From Candidatus Thorarchaeota archaeon (GTDB taxonomy: Archaea; Asgardarchaeota; Thorarchaeia; Thorarchaeales; Thorarchaeaceae), in assembly GCA_019057475.1 (NCBI GenBank), contig DXJO01000052.1, forward strand, positions 1 to 64,000: a stretch of 64,000 nucleotides of DNA, read 5' to 3'. The translations under genes and the position numbers were made by a program. The notes below the pieces were generated by a model. The model was not told the DNA's origin. It ran no database searches and worked only from the letters and a program-made list of their open reading frames with translations. The stretch's first letter is position 1; the number at the start of each line of letters is the position of its first letter. Of the stretch, positions 40,708-50,826 are shown piece by piece.

Positions 40708-41898
40708 ATGCGCAGCACGCCAAATGCATTGCTTGTTCAGCCCAGATTTCCCACCCCCCGCAAGAGCAAGAACCACAAGGATGTCTTACCTATAGGGTTG
40801 CTGAAATTGGGGGCGTGGTACAAGAGCAGAGGATGGAAAGTTAGACTCGTTCATGGGAATGAATTATTGACAGACTTCGAACCGGACCATATACTGGTTA
40901 CATCCTTGTTCACATACTGGTCAGAGTATGTCGCAGAAGCAGCGCGATACTACCGATCATTGTTTCCACGTGCAAAATTGCTTGTAGGTGGCATCTATGC
41001 ATCTCTTCTGCCTGAGGACTGCAAAAGGCGAACTGGTGCAGATGAGGTGTTTGTTGGTGTGCATCCTGAGGCAGAAAAATTCGAGGCTGATTACAGTCTC
41101 CTTGATGAAGAACTGGACTATCAGATACTCCATGCGTCAAGAGGCTGCATAAGACGGTGCAAATTCTGTTTCACTTGGAAGCTCGAACCTGAGTACAAGG
41201 CGGTTTGTTCCCTTGATGATAGAATCCACAAGAACAAGGTGGTCCTTTATGATAACAACTTCCTTGCCAACCCGTGCATCAATCAACTCTTGGAGGAGCT
41301 TGCTGAAGTTCGTGTGAACCAAAGAGTAGTTCATTACGAATGTCAAAGTGGATTTGATGGACGCTTGCTGACTTCGAAACTCTCGTCGTTGTTGAAACGG
41401 GCGCGTTTCATCAATCCAAGGATTGCTTGGGACGGACGCTTTGCAGAGGTAAAGCGAATACATGAGCAGATCGAACTACTCATGGATGCTGGATACAGCT
41501 CGAAATCCATCTCAGTCTTCATGCTCTACAACTGGAACATCTCCTTTAACGAGATGGAACGGAAACGGCTGAAATGCTGGGAGTGGAAAGTCCAAATAAC
41601 GGACTGCCGCTTTCGGCCGATGCGTCAGCTCTATGATCGGTTTAATGCTAGGAAAAACCAGACAGTGCTTGACTATTTCATTCACGAAACGTGGACTGAT
41701 GAACAAGTGAAGCGATTTCGGAAGAATGTCCGGCGGCAGAATATCTGTATTCGACATGGCCTTAGGTTTCATTCTCCCATTCTTGAGCGGAAAGGTCTGC
41801 CGAAAGATGAGATCTCATATCTGAAGAATGCCCCCATCGATATGGTTAGATCTAGGTTAACTGATGCGTGGTTTCCAAGCGAAAGTCAAGCAATCTAA
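40708..41898 (+). CDS. B12-binding-domain radical SAM enzyme, paralog 1
   Basis: LPIGLLKLGAW, TSLFTY, GGIYASL, SRGCIRRCKFC, YDNNFL. Confidence 0.88.
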   Translation: MRSTPNALLVQPRFPTPRKSKNHKDVLPIGLLKLGAWYKSRGWKVRLVHGNELLTDFEPDHILVTSLFTYWSEYVAEAARYYRSLFPRAKLLVGGIYASLLPEDCKRRTGADEVFVGVHPEAEKFEADYSLLDEELDYQILHASRGCIRRCKFCFTWKLEPEYKAVCSLDDRIHKNKVVLYDNNFLANPCINQLLEELAEVRVNQRVVHYECQSGFDGRLLTSKLSSLLKRARFINPRIAWDGRFAEVKRIHEQIELLMDAGYSSKSISVFMLYNWNISFNEMERKRLKCWEWKVQITDCRFRPMRQLYDRFNARKNQTVLDYFIHETWTDEQVKRFRKNVRRQNICIRHGLRFHSPILERKGLPKDEISYLKNAPIDMVRSRLTDAWFPSESQAI

Positions 41899-41987
41899 CG
41901 GTTGCCTGCATGAATCAATTATGTGACACGATCGATACTCTTATCAAACTAAGCGAAATCCGCTTCGTGATAACTCGGTGAGGGAGA

Positions 41988-43367
41988 TTGAAAGGAGTAA
42001 CTCAAAGGCCCGTACGGCCCAAACGCACGAGTACTCGCATTCTCCTTGTCGAACCAGAATTCCCGTTGCCTACGAAAAGCAAGAATCACAGCAACTTCCT
42101 CCCGATAGGACTACTAAAGATAGGCGCTTGGCTTGAAGATAAGAGGTTTGAAGTTGAACTAGTGCGCGGCAATAAACCAGAAGATTCACTTGACTTCAAA
42201 CCTGATGAGGTTTGGATAACATCACTCTTCACTTACTGGTCCAAGTATGTGATTGACACAGCCAAACACTACAAATCATTCTCAAACAAGCCTCGCATTG
42301 TCATAGGTGGAATATACGCTAGCCTCATGGAAGAACACTGCAAGAAGCATACAGGTTGCAATGTAGTATTCAAGGGGGTGCATCCTATCGCAGAACAATA
42401 CTATCCCAAGTATCGCTTACTCGGAAACGACCTCAACTACCAGATTGTTCACGCATCAAGAGGCTGTATTCACAAGTGCAAGTTCTGTGGCGTTCACATC
42501 ATAGAATCAGGCGGATTAATGTCCGAAAGGAGCATTCTTCCACTGATTGCTAAACCCAAGAAAGGCAGTAAGAAAATCTGTGAGATTGATCTCAAATCCA
42601 ACGATTACGTCATCGAGAAGAAAAACTTGGTTTTTTATGACAATAACCTACTGGCAAATGAGAATATAGAATCTATTCTTGAGGAGTTAGTATTTCTGAA
42701 AAAGACACGAAAAATAGGGTGGTGTGAGTCTCAGAGCGGTTTTGATGGTCGAGTCATGCAGAAGAAGCCTCATCTGGCTCTGTTGCTCAAGACGGCTGGA
42801 TTCAAGAACCCAAGAGTTGCTTGGGATTGGGGGTTGAATCAGGGGGTGAGCATCAAGTTACAGATTGATTTACTCTTGGATGCCGGTTATACATCCAAGG
42901 AAATTTACGTTTTCATGCTTTACAACTGGAGCATATCTTTCGAGGAGATGGAACAGAAGAGGATGAAGTGCTACGAATGGAAGGTCCAGATTGCAGATTG
43001 CAGGTTTCGCCCACTAGACCAAGCTTATGATGAATATCGCCCTGGAAAACGGAACCAGATTGAAGGGTACTATGTCCACGAGAAGAAAGGGTGGACCGAT
43101 GATTTGGTAAAGCAATTCCGGAGGAATGTAAGGCGTCAAAATATATGCATAAGACATGGGTTTCCGTTCTATTCCAGACAATTCGAAACAAAGCAGGCCT
43201 TGAAAGAAGAAATACAGATGGTGAAATTGGCAGGAACACTTGAAGAGAAGAAAATGGTCATGAGAGTGTTGGGCTATGAATGCTGGGACCCGATGAACAT
43301 CACCTACCCTAAAACAAGTACAGCTGGGCTTGTATCCGCTCAAACTGAAGTTCAAGAACATGTGTGA
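41988..43367 (+). CDS. B12-binding-domain radical SAM enzyme, paralog 2
   Basis: LPIGLLKIGAW, TSLFTYW, GGIYASL, SRGCIHKCKFC, YDNNLL. Confidence 0.88.
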   Translation: MKGVTQRPVRPKRTSTRILLVEPEFPLPTKSKNHSNFLPIGLLKIGAWLEDKRFEVELVRGNKPEDSLDFKPDEVWITSLFTYWSKYVIDTAKHYKSFSNKPRIVIGGIYASLMEEHCKKHTGCNVVFKGVHPIAEQYYPKYRLLGNDLNYQIVHASRGCIHKCKFCGVHIIESGGLMSERSILPLIAKPKKGSKKICEIDLKSNDYVIEKKNLVFYDNNLLANENIESILEELVFLKKTRKIGWCESQSGFDGRVMQKKPHLALLLKTAGFKNPRVAWDWGLNQGVSIKLQIDLLLDAGYTSKEIYVFMLYNWSISFEEMEQKRMKCYEWKVQIADCRFRPLDQAYDEYRPGKRNQIEGYYVHEKKGWTDDLVKQFRRNVRRQNICIRHGFPFYSRQFETKQALKEEIQMVKLAGTLEEKKMVMRVLGYECWDPMNITYPKTSTAGLVSAQTEVQEHV

Positions 43368-43370
43368 CCT

Positions 43371-44534
43371 CTACTCGGATCCTCCGGGTCTGCTTCTCCT
43401 TGGTGCAACCTTGATCATTAAGGATCTCTCTTCAAAGTCGTCGACAAAGACTGCCTCTCCCGTTCTGGCAATCTTCTCAATAAACACTTTCAATTCACTC
43501 CCCATGTAATCTTTCGTAAGCGCATTAAGGGCCGATTTATCGACCCGTGTTGTCATCGAATGTGATAGTATAACATCCCACTGGGAAAGAACCTCCATGT
43601 CCAGTGCTGATGGCTGTTGAGATGCTATCACCATGGATAGGCCTGGCTGGCGCCCTTCCTTTACCCATCTAATGATCCCTTCCTTTGCTAAAGACGATTT
43701 GCCAGAAGGTGCAAACTGATGAGCTTCGTCGATGAAAAGCCAGATTCTAGGCACATCTGAGGAAAGTTCCAGCTCTTCTCTTCTCCTCGCAATTGAACGT
43801 CTACTAAACAGGTCTCTCACGAGTGTGGAAACAAAAAGAGGGCGTCGTCCGTATCGGCCCGAGTGTATAACGCTCAGATCAAGAACGTTGATATGATCCA
43901 TCGAAAGAACGTCAAGAAGGCTTCGGTAAGTGCCTTCTGAGAACATACCCCATGTCTGAGCGATGTCGAGTTTGTTGGACAGTGCGTCTTTTGTGGTGCT
44001 TCCAGCCCTGCTGTCAGATCCGATTACGTCAATAAGATCTGGAATGAAGAAATTATTCCCCCACTTCTTCTTACATTTCAAATGGGCTTTTGTGATGGCA
44101 ATCCCCATGGGGTCGTTTACCCCGAAACCAAAGGTTTCACACCACCCCTCGGGAGAAACGTCACTAGGATTCAGCTCAAGTGACTTGAATTCCACGTCGC
44201 GCTTCTCCATTTCCTTGATTACGTCCTCCCCGCCATATCGTTCAACGGGGTTTCCTGGAACAAGCAAGCGAGTGGCAAACCCCCTGGCATTCATACCCCA
44301 ACTCCATAAGAGCTCATTCTGTGGCTCATTGGGTTGTGACATTGTGTGGAAGATTCCCATAGGATCCACGACCACTGCCAATGACTTACCTTGCAGCACC
44401 AACTCCTCAGCCAAGGTACCCATAGAATACGATTTCCCACTACCACGTTTTCCACAGACCACTATCACTCTACTCTTAGAGTCATCAATGTAGACATCCT
44501 CATCATTCTCAAGGTTTCTTCCAACGCGCAACAT
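43371..44534 (-). CDS. HerA/FtsK-like (DUF87) ATPase
   Basis: CGKRGSGKS, VVDPMG, FIDEAHQF, KEGRQPG, ASQQPS. Confidence 0.88.
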   Translation of the reverse strand: MLRVGRNLENDEDVYIDDSKSRVIVVCGKRGSGKSYSMGTLAEELVLQGKSLAVVVDPMGIFHTMSQPNEPQNELLWSWGMNARGFATRLLVPGNPVERYGGEDVIKEMEKRDVEFKSLELNPSDVSPEGWCETFGFGVNDPMGIAITKAHLKCKKKWGNNFFIPDLIDVIGSDSRAGSTTKDALSNKLDIAQTWGMFSEGTYRSLLDVLSMDHINVLDLSVIHSGRYGRRPLFVSTLVRDLFSRRSIARRREELELSSDVPRIWLFIDEAHQFAPSGKSSLAKEGIIRWVKEGRQPGLSMVIASQQPSALDMEVLSQWDVILSHSMTTRVDKSALNALTKDYMGSELKVFIEKIARTGEAVFVDDFEERSLMIKVAPRRSRPGGSE

Positions 44535-44535
44535 T

Positions 44536-45549
44536 TTATCTCACCTCTATTTCCAAGAAAGGCACAAATGACTCGTAGATCGAAACACCTCCATGAACAC
44601 CCCATTCGTTCTTCCTAAGCTTTCTGAACACGAATGGGTATTTGAGAAGCGAGTGACTGCGGCCATTCCTCTCCCATACAATGAATCTTGATCCGAAATG
44701 GCATCCTACCAAATGACGCATTCTGCTAGCTCTGCCATAATTGAATACTTCAAAGTCTGATTTGGTTCCTACAGGTGGTCGCCACCAGATCCCATGGTCG
44801 GAAGTCAAGAAGAGGTTGTAGGATAAACCTCGCCCATTGAACTCTCTAATCAACTTGGATAAGAACACTCCAAATATCTGCCTGACTATTGTGTCTACTT
44901 GAGGTCGCCCATGATACCGATGAGAGAGCTGGTCATAACCCTCTAGCAGAATCTGGATGTAGCAGTTGTCCAACTCGTGGTGGGATAGTATCTGTAGAAC
45001 CTCATCGAATTCATCGATCTGATGCATATCTCTGGGTGCGAAACCATAGAAGATACTATTTGCCAATTCGTCATGACCTTTGCGACCCCAGTGCGAAAAA
45101 CCCAATCTTCTCTGATAGCCCTTCGCGTAGAGTTCGAGGGCGATTTTCCCATTCTGTGTTATATTCCTAAAACCATTTGGGGTCGTTGTCGGACCCGGAA
45201 CCAGACATGGCCTGACTTCTGGTATGCCAATGCAGTCGTAGTATGAGAGGCCGTCAACCAAAACGAGTACAACCACATCTGCACGTGACTTGCTGACTAT
45301 GTGATTCTTCACATCAAGCTGCGTGAACATTTGCTCACAGAGCTCGAAGTAACGTTCGCATAAGCTGGAGTTCAATCGGTTGTTGAACCAGTCTGGGTCA
45401 AACCTGACTGACGGAAAGAGGCGTTTCCAGTGCCCTGCGGGCTCTGTTATCAACATCCTTCGACCGTGAAGCCGCGACAATGGGTCGTCAAGCACCCCTT
45501 TGAGATCGACATCACCTCGAACAAGAATGGAGTTCTCTAGGTAGAGCAA
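44536..45549 (-). CDS. PglZ-like alkaline-phosphatase-superfamily protein
   Basis: LVLVDGLSY, PTTT, DQLSH, LTSDHG, HGGVS..E..VP. Confidence 0.8.
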   Translation of the reverse strand: MLYLENSILVRGDVDLKGVLDDPLSRLHGRRMLITEPAGHWKRLFPSVRFDPDWFNNRLNSSLCERYFELCEQMFTQLDVKNHIVSKSRADVVVLVLVDGLSYYDCIGIPEVRPCLVPGPTTTPNGFRNITQNGKIALELYAKGYQRRLGFSHWGRKGHDELANSIFYGFAPRDMHQIDEFDEVLQILSHHELDNCYIQILLEGYDQLSHRYHGRPQVDTIVRQIFGVFLSKLIREFNGRGLSYNLFLTSDHGIWWRPPVGTKSDFEVFNYGRASRMRHLVGCHFGSRFIVWERNGRSHSLLKYPFVFRKLRKNEWGVHGGVSIYESFVPFLEIEVR

Positions 45550-45611
45550 GAGGAGATCATTATCAGTGATAATTGGCAGATCGTTTGGGAATGTATCCTG
45601 AATCGTTCGAG

Positions 45612-48600
45612 CTACCTCCTCCTTGATATCAAAAGCCCAATCAGATTCTTCTTGAATAATGAAAGCACATTCCTCATGAATTCGTCCCAGCTGAATTCAT
45701 CGCCCTTTTCTTCCATCTCAGAAATAACTAGTTCACTGATGTCTATCTTGCTGACATCTCTGATCTTGTCCAGAAGTCGTTTCTCTGGTCTTGTTGCCGT
45801 GCCTGCCTCAACTAGATGCGCATACCCCTTTTTCGCATCCCCTATCGCTCGTGTCGCATTGTTCACTGATTCAGAAAGCTTAGTCACCATCTCGTCATTT
45901 CTAAAGATGAGCTTTTTCATACTGTCAGAAGTATTATCCAACAAGTCAGCCGCAACAGCAATACGATTGAGTTGATCAGAGCAATCTTTCCCAAGCACAA
46001 TCGCCGCGAATCTAAGATCGGTTCTGATTTTTTCCACGTCAGTCACAAGCTCACACACATAGTGTTCCATTTTCTCACGTGCTTCCACTTGCATGTTCTC
46101 AAGGGACTCAGCTGGTCCTTGATGGTCGTACATGGATCGCAATTTGTGGTGTGGCACACCGACATCCGAGAGGATTTGTTCTATCCTTGCCTTGTGTTTA
46201 TGAAACTCCTCTCTGCGACCGAATTCGTGTTTCTTTACTTCCTTCTCGATTTCCTCGAGCTTCATCATGTATATCTCGTAGTCCGAGAGCATGGAAAGCT
46301 TCATCGATCTCATTGCTCCCACGATATCTTGATTGAGCTCATCGAGGCGGAGCTTAAATCGGTCTTCTTGATGAACATTTTCCAAGTTAATGGCTGCTTT
46401 CTGCACTTCGTTGGCATTATTCATCAATGTCAGCCAGGAATCGAATTCCTGCGCATGTCTATCAAACTCATTCATTCTTGTATGTGTTTTCGATTCTTCT
46501 ATCTCGCCATGCTCAAGCAGTATGCTGATTCTATCTTGAACACTGTCTACCTCTTCAATTTCCTCAATTTCAGTTTTCAGGCGTTTCTTCTCCTTCTTCG
46601 CACCAATGACTATCTTGTGGAACTCGGTAAGCAGTATCTGCCTGCATGACTCTAGTTCACCAACCCAGCTCACGGTTCCCTTGACTTCGGAGTTTAGATA
46701 CCGTGGCATAATCCTGCTCATGAGACTCTCCATTGTTGAGTCATCTGACTCCAACTTTCCGAGAATCTTGGTTGTGGCCACGATAAGCTTCTCTTTTAGC
46801 TTGTCCTCAACCGCTCTTAACTCATCCTCGATTGAGTCAGTTTCAGAGATTGTGGAGGCGACTTCAATGTTCAGCTTCAGAGGAAGATCAGGGATTTCAG
46901 ATATCGCAGAACTCTCTATCACTGATTTGGACTCCGACAAGTGCCCCTCTAGGCTAGTCCGCCACAAGAGAAGCGCGTTCTTTCTTTCATCTACATTCTC
47001 GATGACGCGCTCCAGAATCTCATCTACCTTCAGCACCATCCCTCGGGCACAAAGAAGTTCAATAGCCGCATTGACTTCGCGTTTGATGTAGCCTCTCGAT
47101 TTACTCTCTTTCCAGACATCAATGACTCTTACATACGGAATTTCAAATCCCTTTTTCGAGCGCTTTTCCCCTTTCTCTAGTAGATTCAGAATCAAGTCCT
47201 CTAGGGGGTGCCTTCTCAATGTTATGACTAGGCAATCCGGCTCATCTGATTCAGCATACTCTAATAGACCTGCCATCGTATCAAGCCGGTTGCTCTGTGA
47301 TTGCCATTTCTTGGCCGCCACTATTATTCCCATCTCATCTTTTGTGATTGTGAATTCTCTACCACCTTTCTTCGCAGACGGGCGCACTCTTGAATCTTTA
47401 AGCAGATTGGTATACAGAGAGAGGGTTCGCTCCCATTGACTATTCATAATCATGGTATCATACTTGGGGTAAAGCATTGAACAAAGATCGTTTACGATTT
47501 CCTTTAGCGTGGAATCGCCGAAGATCGTAAGTCGCAATGATTTGGGCGTTTCGATTGACTCGCTGAAAAGGTGTGCTAACACCAAATCACCAAGACTTCG
47601 CAAGAAATATTCAACCCTTCCGACTTCGCTCTTTGGAATAAGTTCAACATTGTCACCCAGTGCATACATCATCCCAAGCACGAAGAGAACATCAATCTTC
47701 GTTTCCGGATACAAGCGAACAATCGGGATTGGTACTTCATATCCTAGAATCTTCTGCGGATTGAGTCTAATTCGGACACGATTTTTCTCAACGACAATGC
47801 TGCCATGGCTTGTGCTGGCCATTGTAAGGTCAAGAAGAATATCAACCACGATGCCTTCGAAGCTTTCCTCAATTAAGTCGTCTTCGTCGGCAGTCACAGT
47901 GATAAGTGCTTGACGAAATGGGTACCTTTCGCTAAACGCGCCCTCTTGAATGGTGCGGAATCCTCCCGAGTCTAGGTGCTCTGTTTCGATGGAACGCCAA
48001 GCGTTGGATATTTGCGCTCCTTTAGCTTCAGGAAATAGCCGAGGGATAATCCATGTTGAAAAAGATTGGAGGGCGTGACAAATCTGTTCATCAGTCCGAG
48101 CATAGACTCGCATGAAGTTCCTGAGCATCCGATCGTACGAAGGCTGGATTGCAGTATCATCAGTTGCAAACGCAGTTAATGTGAAGCCCTCGGAAAGCTC
48201 CACTATCATCTCCCCATAGAATTTGATCCTCACTTCTTCAAACGTCTTCTTGAATCCGTATTTCTCGATTGTTTGACCATTGCAGCCGTACATGGGATAT
48301 GCCGCAAGAAGTTTAATGAGACCTCCTCGATCTGCCTTTCCTTGAACCGCATCAAGTTGAAGCATATTACGAGTAGCCGAAACAAGCTGGGAATTCTTTG
48401 CAGAAATGAGATATCCATTAAGGAAATCATCGATCAGATCAATGGGTGTGTAGATCTTTTGCTTTTGAATGTAATTCTCAGCTACCCGTTTGAATGCCTC
48501 GATGACCCCTCTTGGACCTGCTCCTAATCCTCTTTTAAAACAGATCTGGGCAATGCTATCAAGAGTTTCAGACTCGACAACCTGCATCGCTGGAAATGAG

Positions 48601-49466
48601 AATATATCCGAGTACTTAGACCATAACTGGGTCGGGAACTGTCGGCTGTAGATATCTTCACACTGTACATAGATCTTGCGCGCCTTCATCCTATCGACTA
48701 TATCTGAACGCTGATCCAACAACAAAGTTAGTGTAGTCATTGGTATTCCAAAGACGATGCCATACATGCCCTTGCGGGAAATCAATCCATTGGCCAAGGC
48801 ATACAGATCTTCGTAGAATCGTGGCAAGCTCTCATAGCTATCCACAGTCCTCTGGAGTTCGTCTGTGAAGACTACCAGACCTGAATACCCTCCCTCCAAA
48901 GCTATGTTAGTCACCTCATCCATGAATCTGAGAATATCCGCGGGAGTTACGGATGTCAAGCGTGCAATCTCAGCTTTAGTGAGGTTTTCGAGAAGTTTCT
49001 GAGCATTCGCATCTATTTTCCTAGCAATTGATTCCAAGCTCTTATTCCTGATTTTCCCATATAGGGCGTCGAGCCTCTTCTTGAGTGCTGGTTTTCGACT
49101 GAACTCAAATCGACACCATCCATATATTCCGTCCACGAGTTCACCCGTACTCATCCAGGAGAAGGGAGGCACAGCAAGTATTCCCTCCCCCCTACAGCCC
49201 GCCCAGAGATGCACTAAGAAACTGGTCTTGCCATATCCGTAGTCACCAATGACTGCACCCACTGCAGCGCTCTTGTTTTGAGTAACCCATTTTACAAGAT
49301 TGTTGAAAACGGCATCGGATTCTCCGATTTCTATGTGAGTTGCATTGTGGACCTCATATATCCTCTTCACATCCGCTGGGATCTTTCTTAGCTGCTCGGC
49401 TTCAAACGTAGCAATGATCGTTTCCTTATCCCTGATTACCTTCAAGTTATCCAAAAAATTATTCAT
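45612..49466 (-). CDS. Large BrxC/BrxD-like P-loop ATPase with C-terminal coiled coil
   Basis: GDYGYGKT, VVFTDELQ, GPRG; long helical C-terminal half. Confidence 0.75.
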   Translation of the reverse strand: MNNFLDNLKVIRDKETIIATFEAEQLRKIPADVKRIYEVHNATHIEIGESDAVFNNLVKWVTQNKSAAVGAVIGDYGYGKTSFLVHLWAGCRGEGILAVPPFSWMSTGELVDGIYGWCRFEFSRKPALKKRLDALYGKIRNKSLESIARKIDANAQKLLENLTKAEIARLTSVTPADILRFMDEVTNIALEGGYSGLVVFTDELQRTVDSYESLPRFYEDLYALANGLISRKGMYGIVFGIPMTTLTLLLDQRSDIVDRMKARKIYVQCEDIYSRQFPTQLWSKYSDIFSFPAMQVVESETLDSIAQICFKRGLGAGPRGVIEAFKRVAENYIQKQKIYTPIDLIDDFLNGYLISAKNSQLVSATRNMLQLDAVQGKADRGGLIKLLAAYPMYGCNGQTIEKYGFKKTFEEVRIKFYGEMIVELSEGFTLTAFATDDTAIQPSYDRMLRNFMRVYARTDEQICHALQSFSTWIIPRLFPEAKGAQISNAWRSIETEHLDSGGFRTIQEGAFSERYPFRQALITVTADEDDLIEESFEGIVVDILLDLTMASTSHGSIVVEKNRVRIRLNPQKILGYEVPIPIVRLYPETKIDVLFVLGMMYALGDNVELIPKSEVGRVEYFLRSLGDLVLAHLFSESIETPKSLRLTIFGDSTLKEIVNDLCSMLYPKYDTMIMNSQWERTLSLYTNLLKDSRVRPSAKKGGREFTITKDEMGIIVAAKKWQSQSNRLDTMAGLLEYAESDEPDCLVITLRRHPLEDLILNLLEKGEKRSKKGFEIPYVRVIDVWKESKSRGYIKREVNAAIELLCARGMVLKVDEILERVIENVDERKNALLLWRTSLEGHLSESKSVIESSAISEIPDLPLKLNIEVASTISETDSIEDELRAVEDKLKEKLIVATTKILGKLESDDSTMESLMSRIMPRYLNSEVKGTVSWVGELESCRQILLTEFHKIVIGAKKEKKRLKTEIEEIEEVDSVQDRISILLEHGEIEESKTHTRMNEFDRHAQEFDSWLTLMNNANEVQKAAINLENVHQEDRFKLRLDELNQDIVGAMRSMKLSMLSDYEIYMMKLEEIEKEVKKHEFGRREEFHKHKARIEQILSDVGVPHHKLRSMYDHQGPAESLENMQVEAREKMEHYVCELVTDVEKIRTDLRFAAIVLGKDCSDQLNRIAVAADLLDNTSDSMKKLIFRNDEMVTKLSESVNNATRAIGDAKKGYAHLVEAGTATRPEKRLLDKIRDVSKIDISELVISEMEEKGDEFSWDEFMRNVLSLFKKNLIGLLISRRR

Positions 49467-49963
49467 TGTATCACCTCACAAGCTCTCACTAATTCCCATA
49501 GAGTATCATACTTCCTCTCGGGCACGAATAAATCGATCTTGAACAGATTGGAGCGTGCAATTGCAACGTCTTCTTGCGTAAGCTCAAGTTGGATCGCCCA
49601 CACATCATCTTCAACTCTCTTATCGCTAAGAGCAACAATCTGTTCAATTCCCTGAATTCTCATTTGGTTCAATATCCTCCTTGTGAACTCCCGCGAGTAC
49701 TCAAAGTCATCCAGAATTGCAGCCTCGGCGCCAATAGGCACACCCTTGAACGACTTGTAATAGCCACAGTTCCATGACCGAGCAAGAAGCCAACCCAAGA
49801 ATGTCTTGCCAACGCCGAAGTCCCCGTACACATTCAAGATAGCACCCCGACCGGGGCCTCTAGCATCTTGAACTTGCTTCAGTGTGCTCCGCTGGGAATC
49901 GGTCAACCAGTCTTCATTGAAGTGTTCTTTTATGAGGTCAATTGCACGGGTGAAAGCACTCAT
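49463..49963 (-). CDS. Small P-loop protein (BrxF-like)
   Basis: GDFGVGKT, AAILDD; ATG overlaps the upstream TAA. Confidence 0.7.
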   Translation of the reverse strand: MSAFTRAIDLIKEHFNEDWLTDSQRSTLKQVQDARGPGRGAILNVYGDFGVGKTFLGWLLARSWNCGYYKSFKGVPIGAEAAILDDFEYSREFTRRILNQMRIQGIEQIVALSDKRVEDDVWAIQLELTQEDVAIARSNLFKIDLFVPERKYDTLWELVRACEVIQ

Positions 49964-50826
49964 TATCCCTCGCCTCCCGGATTGTCCATTGTATAGGCCT
50001 TGTCTAGGAAAACGGACCTGCCCCACTGACTAGATTGCAATCGCACATTGAAATCCATGTCTAGGACAAGGGTGAGTATGTCGTCAAATACATCCAAAGA
50101 AACTAACCCCGTCCGACAGATTTCATCTATGCTATCATCAGTCAGTAAGAGCGGAGAACCCAGCTTGAGGTTCTTTCTTCCATATAACAGATTGATGCTA
50201 AGTGTGAGTAGTTCAGGTGAACAGAAGCGACGCCCTCGAGTTGTGGTTGTGCGACCAGCAATCACTTCTAGAAACGGGGGGGTTAGCTGCCCGACCCAAT
50301 TCTTAACCCCATCAATAGCGTAATGGCTCAAGGAAATTTCCTCAGCTCCCTCAAATGATTCTTCGGCGTTGAACAGGACCTGATCGATTATGTTCTTCTT
50401 GATTATCGGTCTTGGCCGCTGTTTCCAGAGCACATCACATATCTGCTGGTAAGTCCAAGAGAACGCCCTCTCCAGGCCGCCCTCTAGTTCGTAGGCTGTA
50501 TAATGGAGGAAATGAAGTGCCTCAGCAAATAGGCTCTGCTTGAATCTAGAGAGGTACCTTACTCTCTTGCCTTCAAGGGTCAGCTCATGCAAGAATGAAC
50601 TGGAGTTTCGAATCTCTGAGATCAACCCTAGGGCTTTCATCGTTTTCAAGTTTTTCCTCAAATAGTTTCTTTGCTGTACAGTTCTGAGTGTGGGCCAAAG
50701 CTGATTGCCGATCTGAGACCAGATTTCCGTGGTGTCAAGAAGACATTCTTCATCAAGGAGCTGGAGTATTGCCTTCACAGCAGCTGGTTTGACATTTTGT
50801 TCAATGTGCAGCTTGGGACTAGGCAA
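49963..50826 (-). CDS. Multi winged-helix protein (BrxA-like)
   Basis: MKALGLI...HELTLEG wHTH signature; TTG start after GGGGG. Confidence 0.6.
   Translation of the reverse strand: MPSPKLHIEQNVKPAAVKAILQLLDEECLLDTTEIWSQIGNQLWPTLRTVQQRNYLRKNLKTMKALGLISEIRNSSSFLHELTLEGKRVRYLSRFKQSLFAEALHFLHYTAYELEGGLERAFSWTYQQICDVLWKQRPRPIIKKNIIDQVLFNAEESFEGAEEISLSHYAIDGVKNWVGQLTPPFLEVIAGRTTTTRGRRFCSPELLTLSINLLYGRKNLKLGSPLLLTDDSIDEICRTGLVSLDVFDDILTLVLDMDFNVRLQSSQWGRSVFLDKAYTMDNPGGEG

Noticed and set aside
45972-47913. Long antisense ORFs within the large ATPase, and similar ones in smc and other genes
   Set aside because: Shadow ORFs of coding strands; no motifs.
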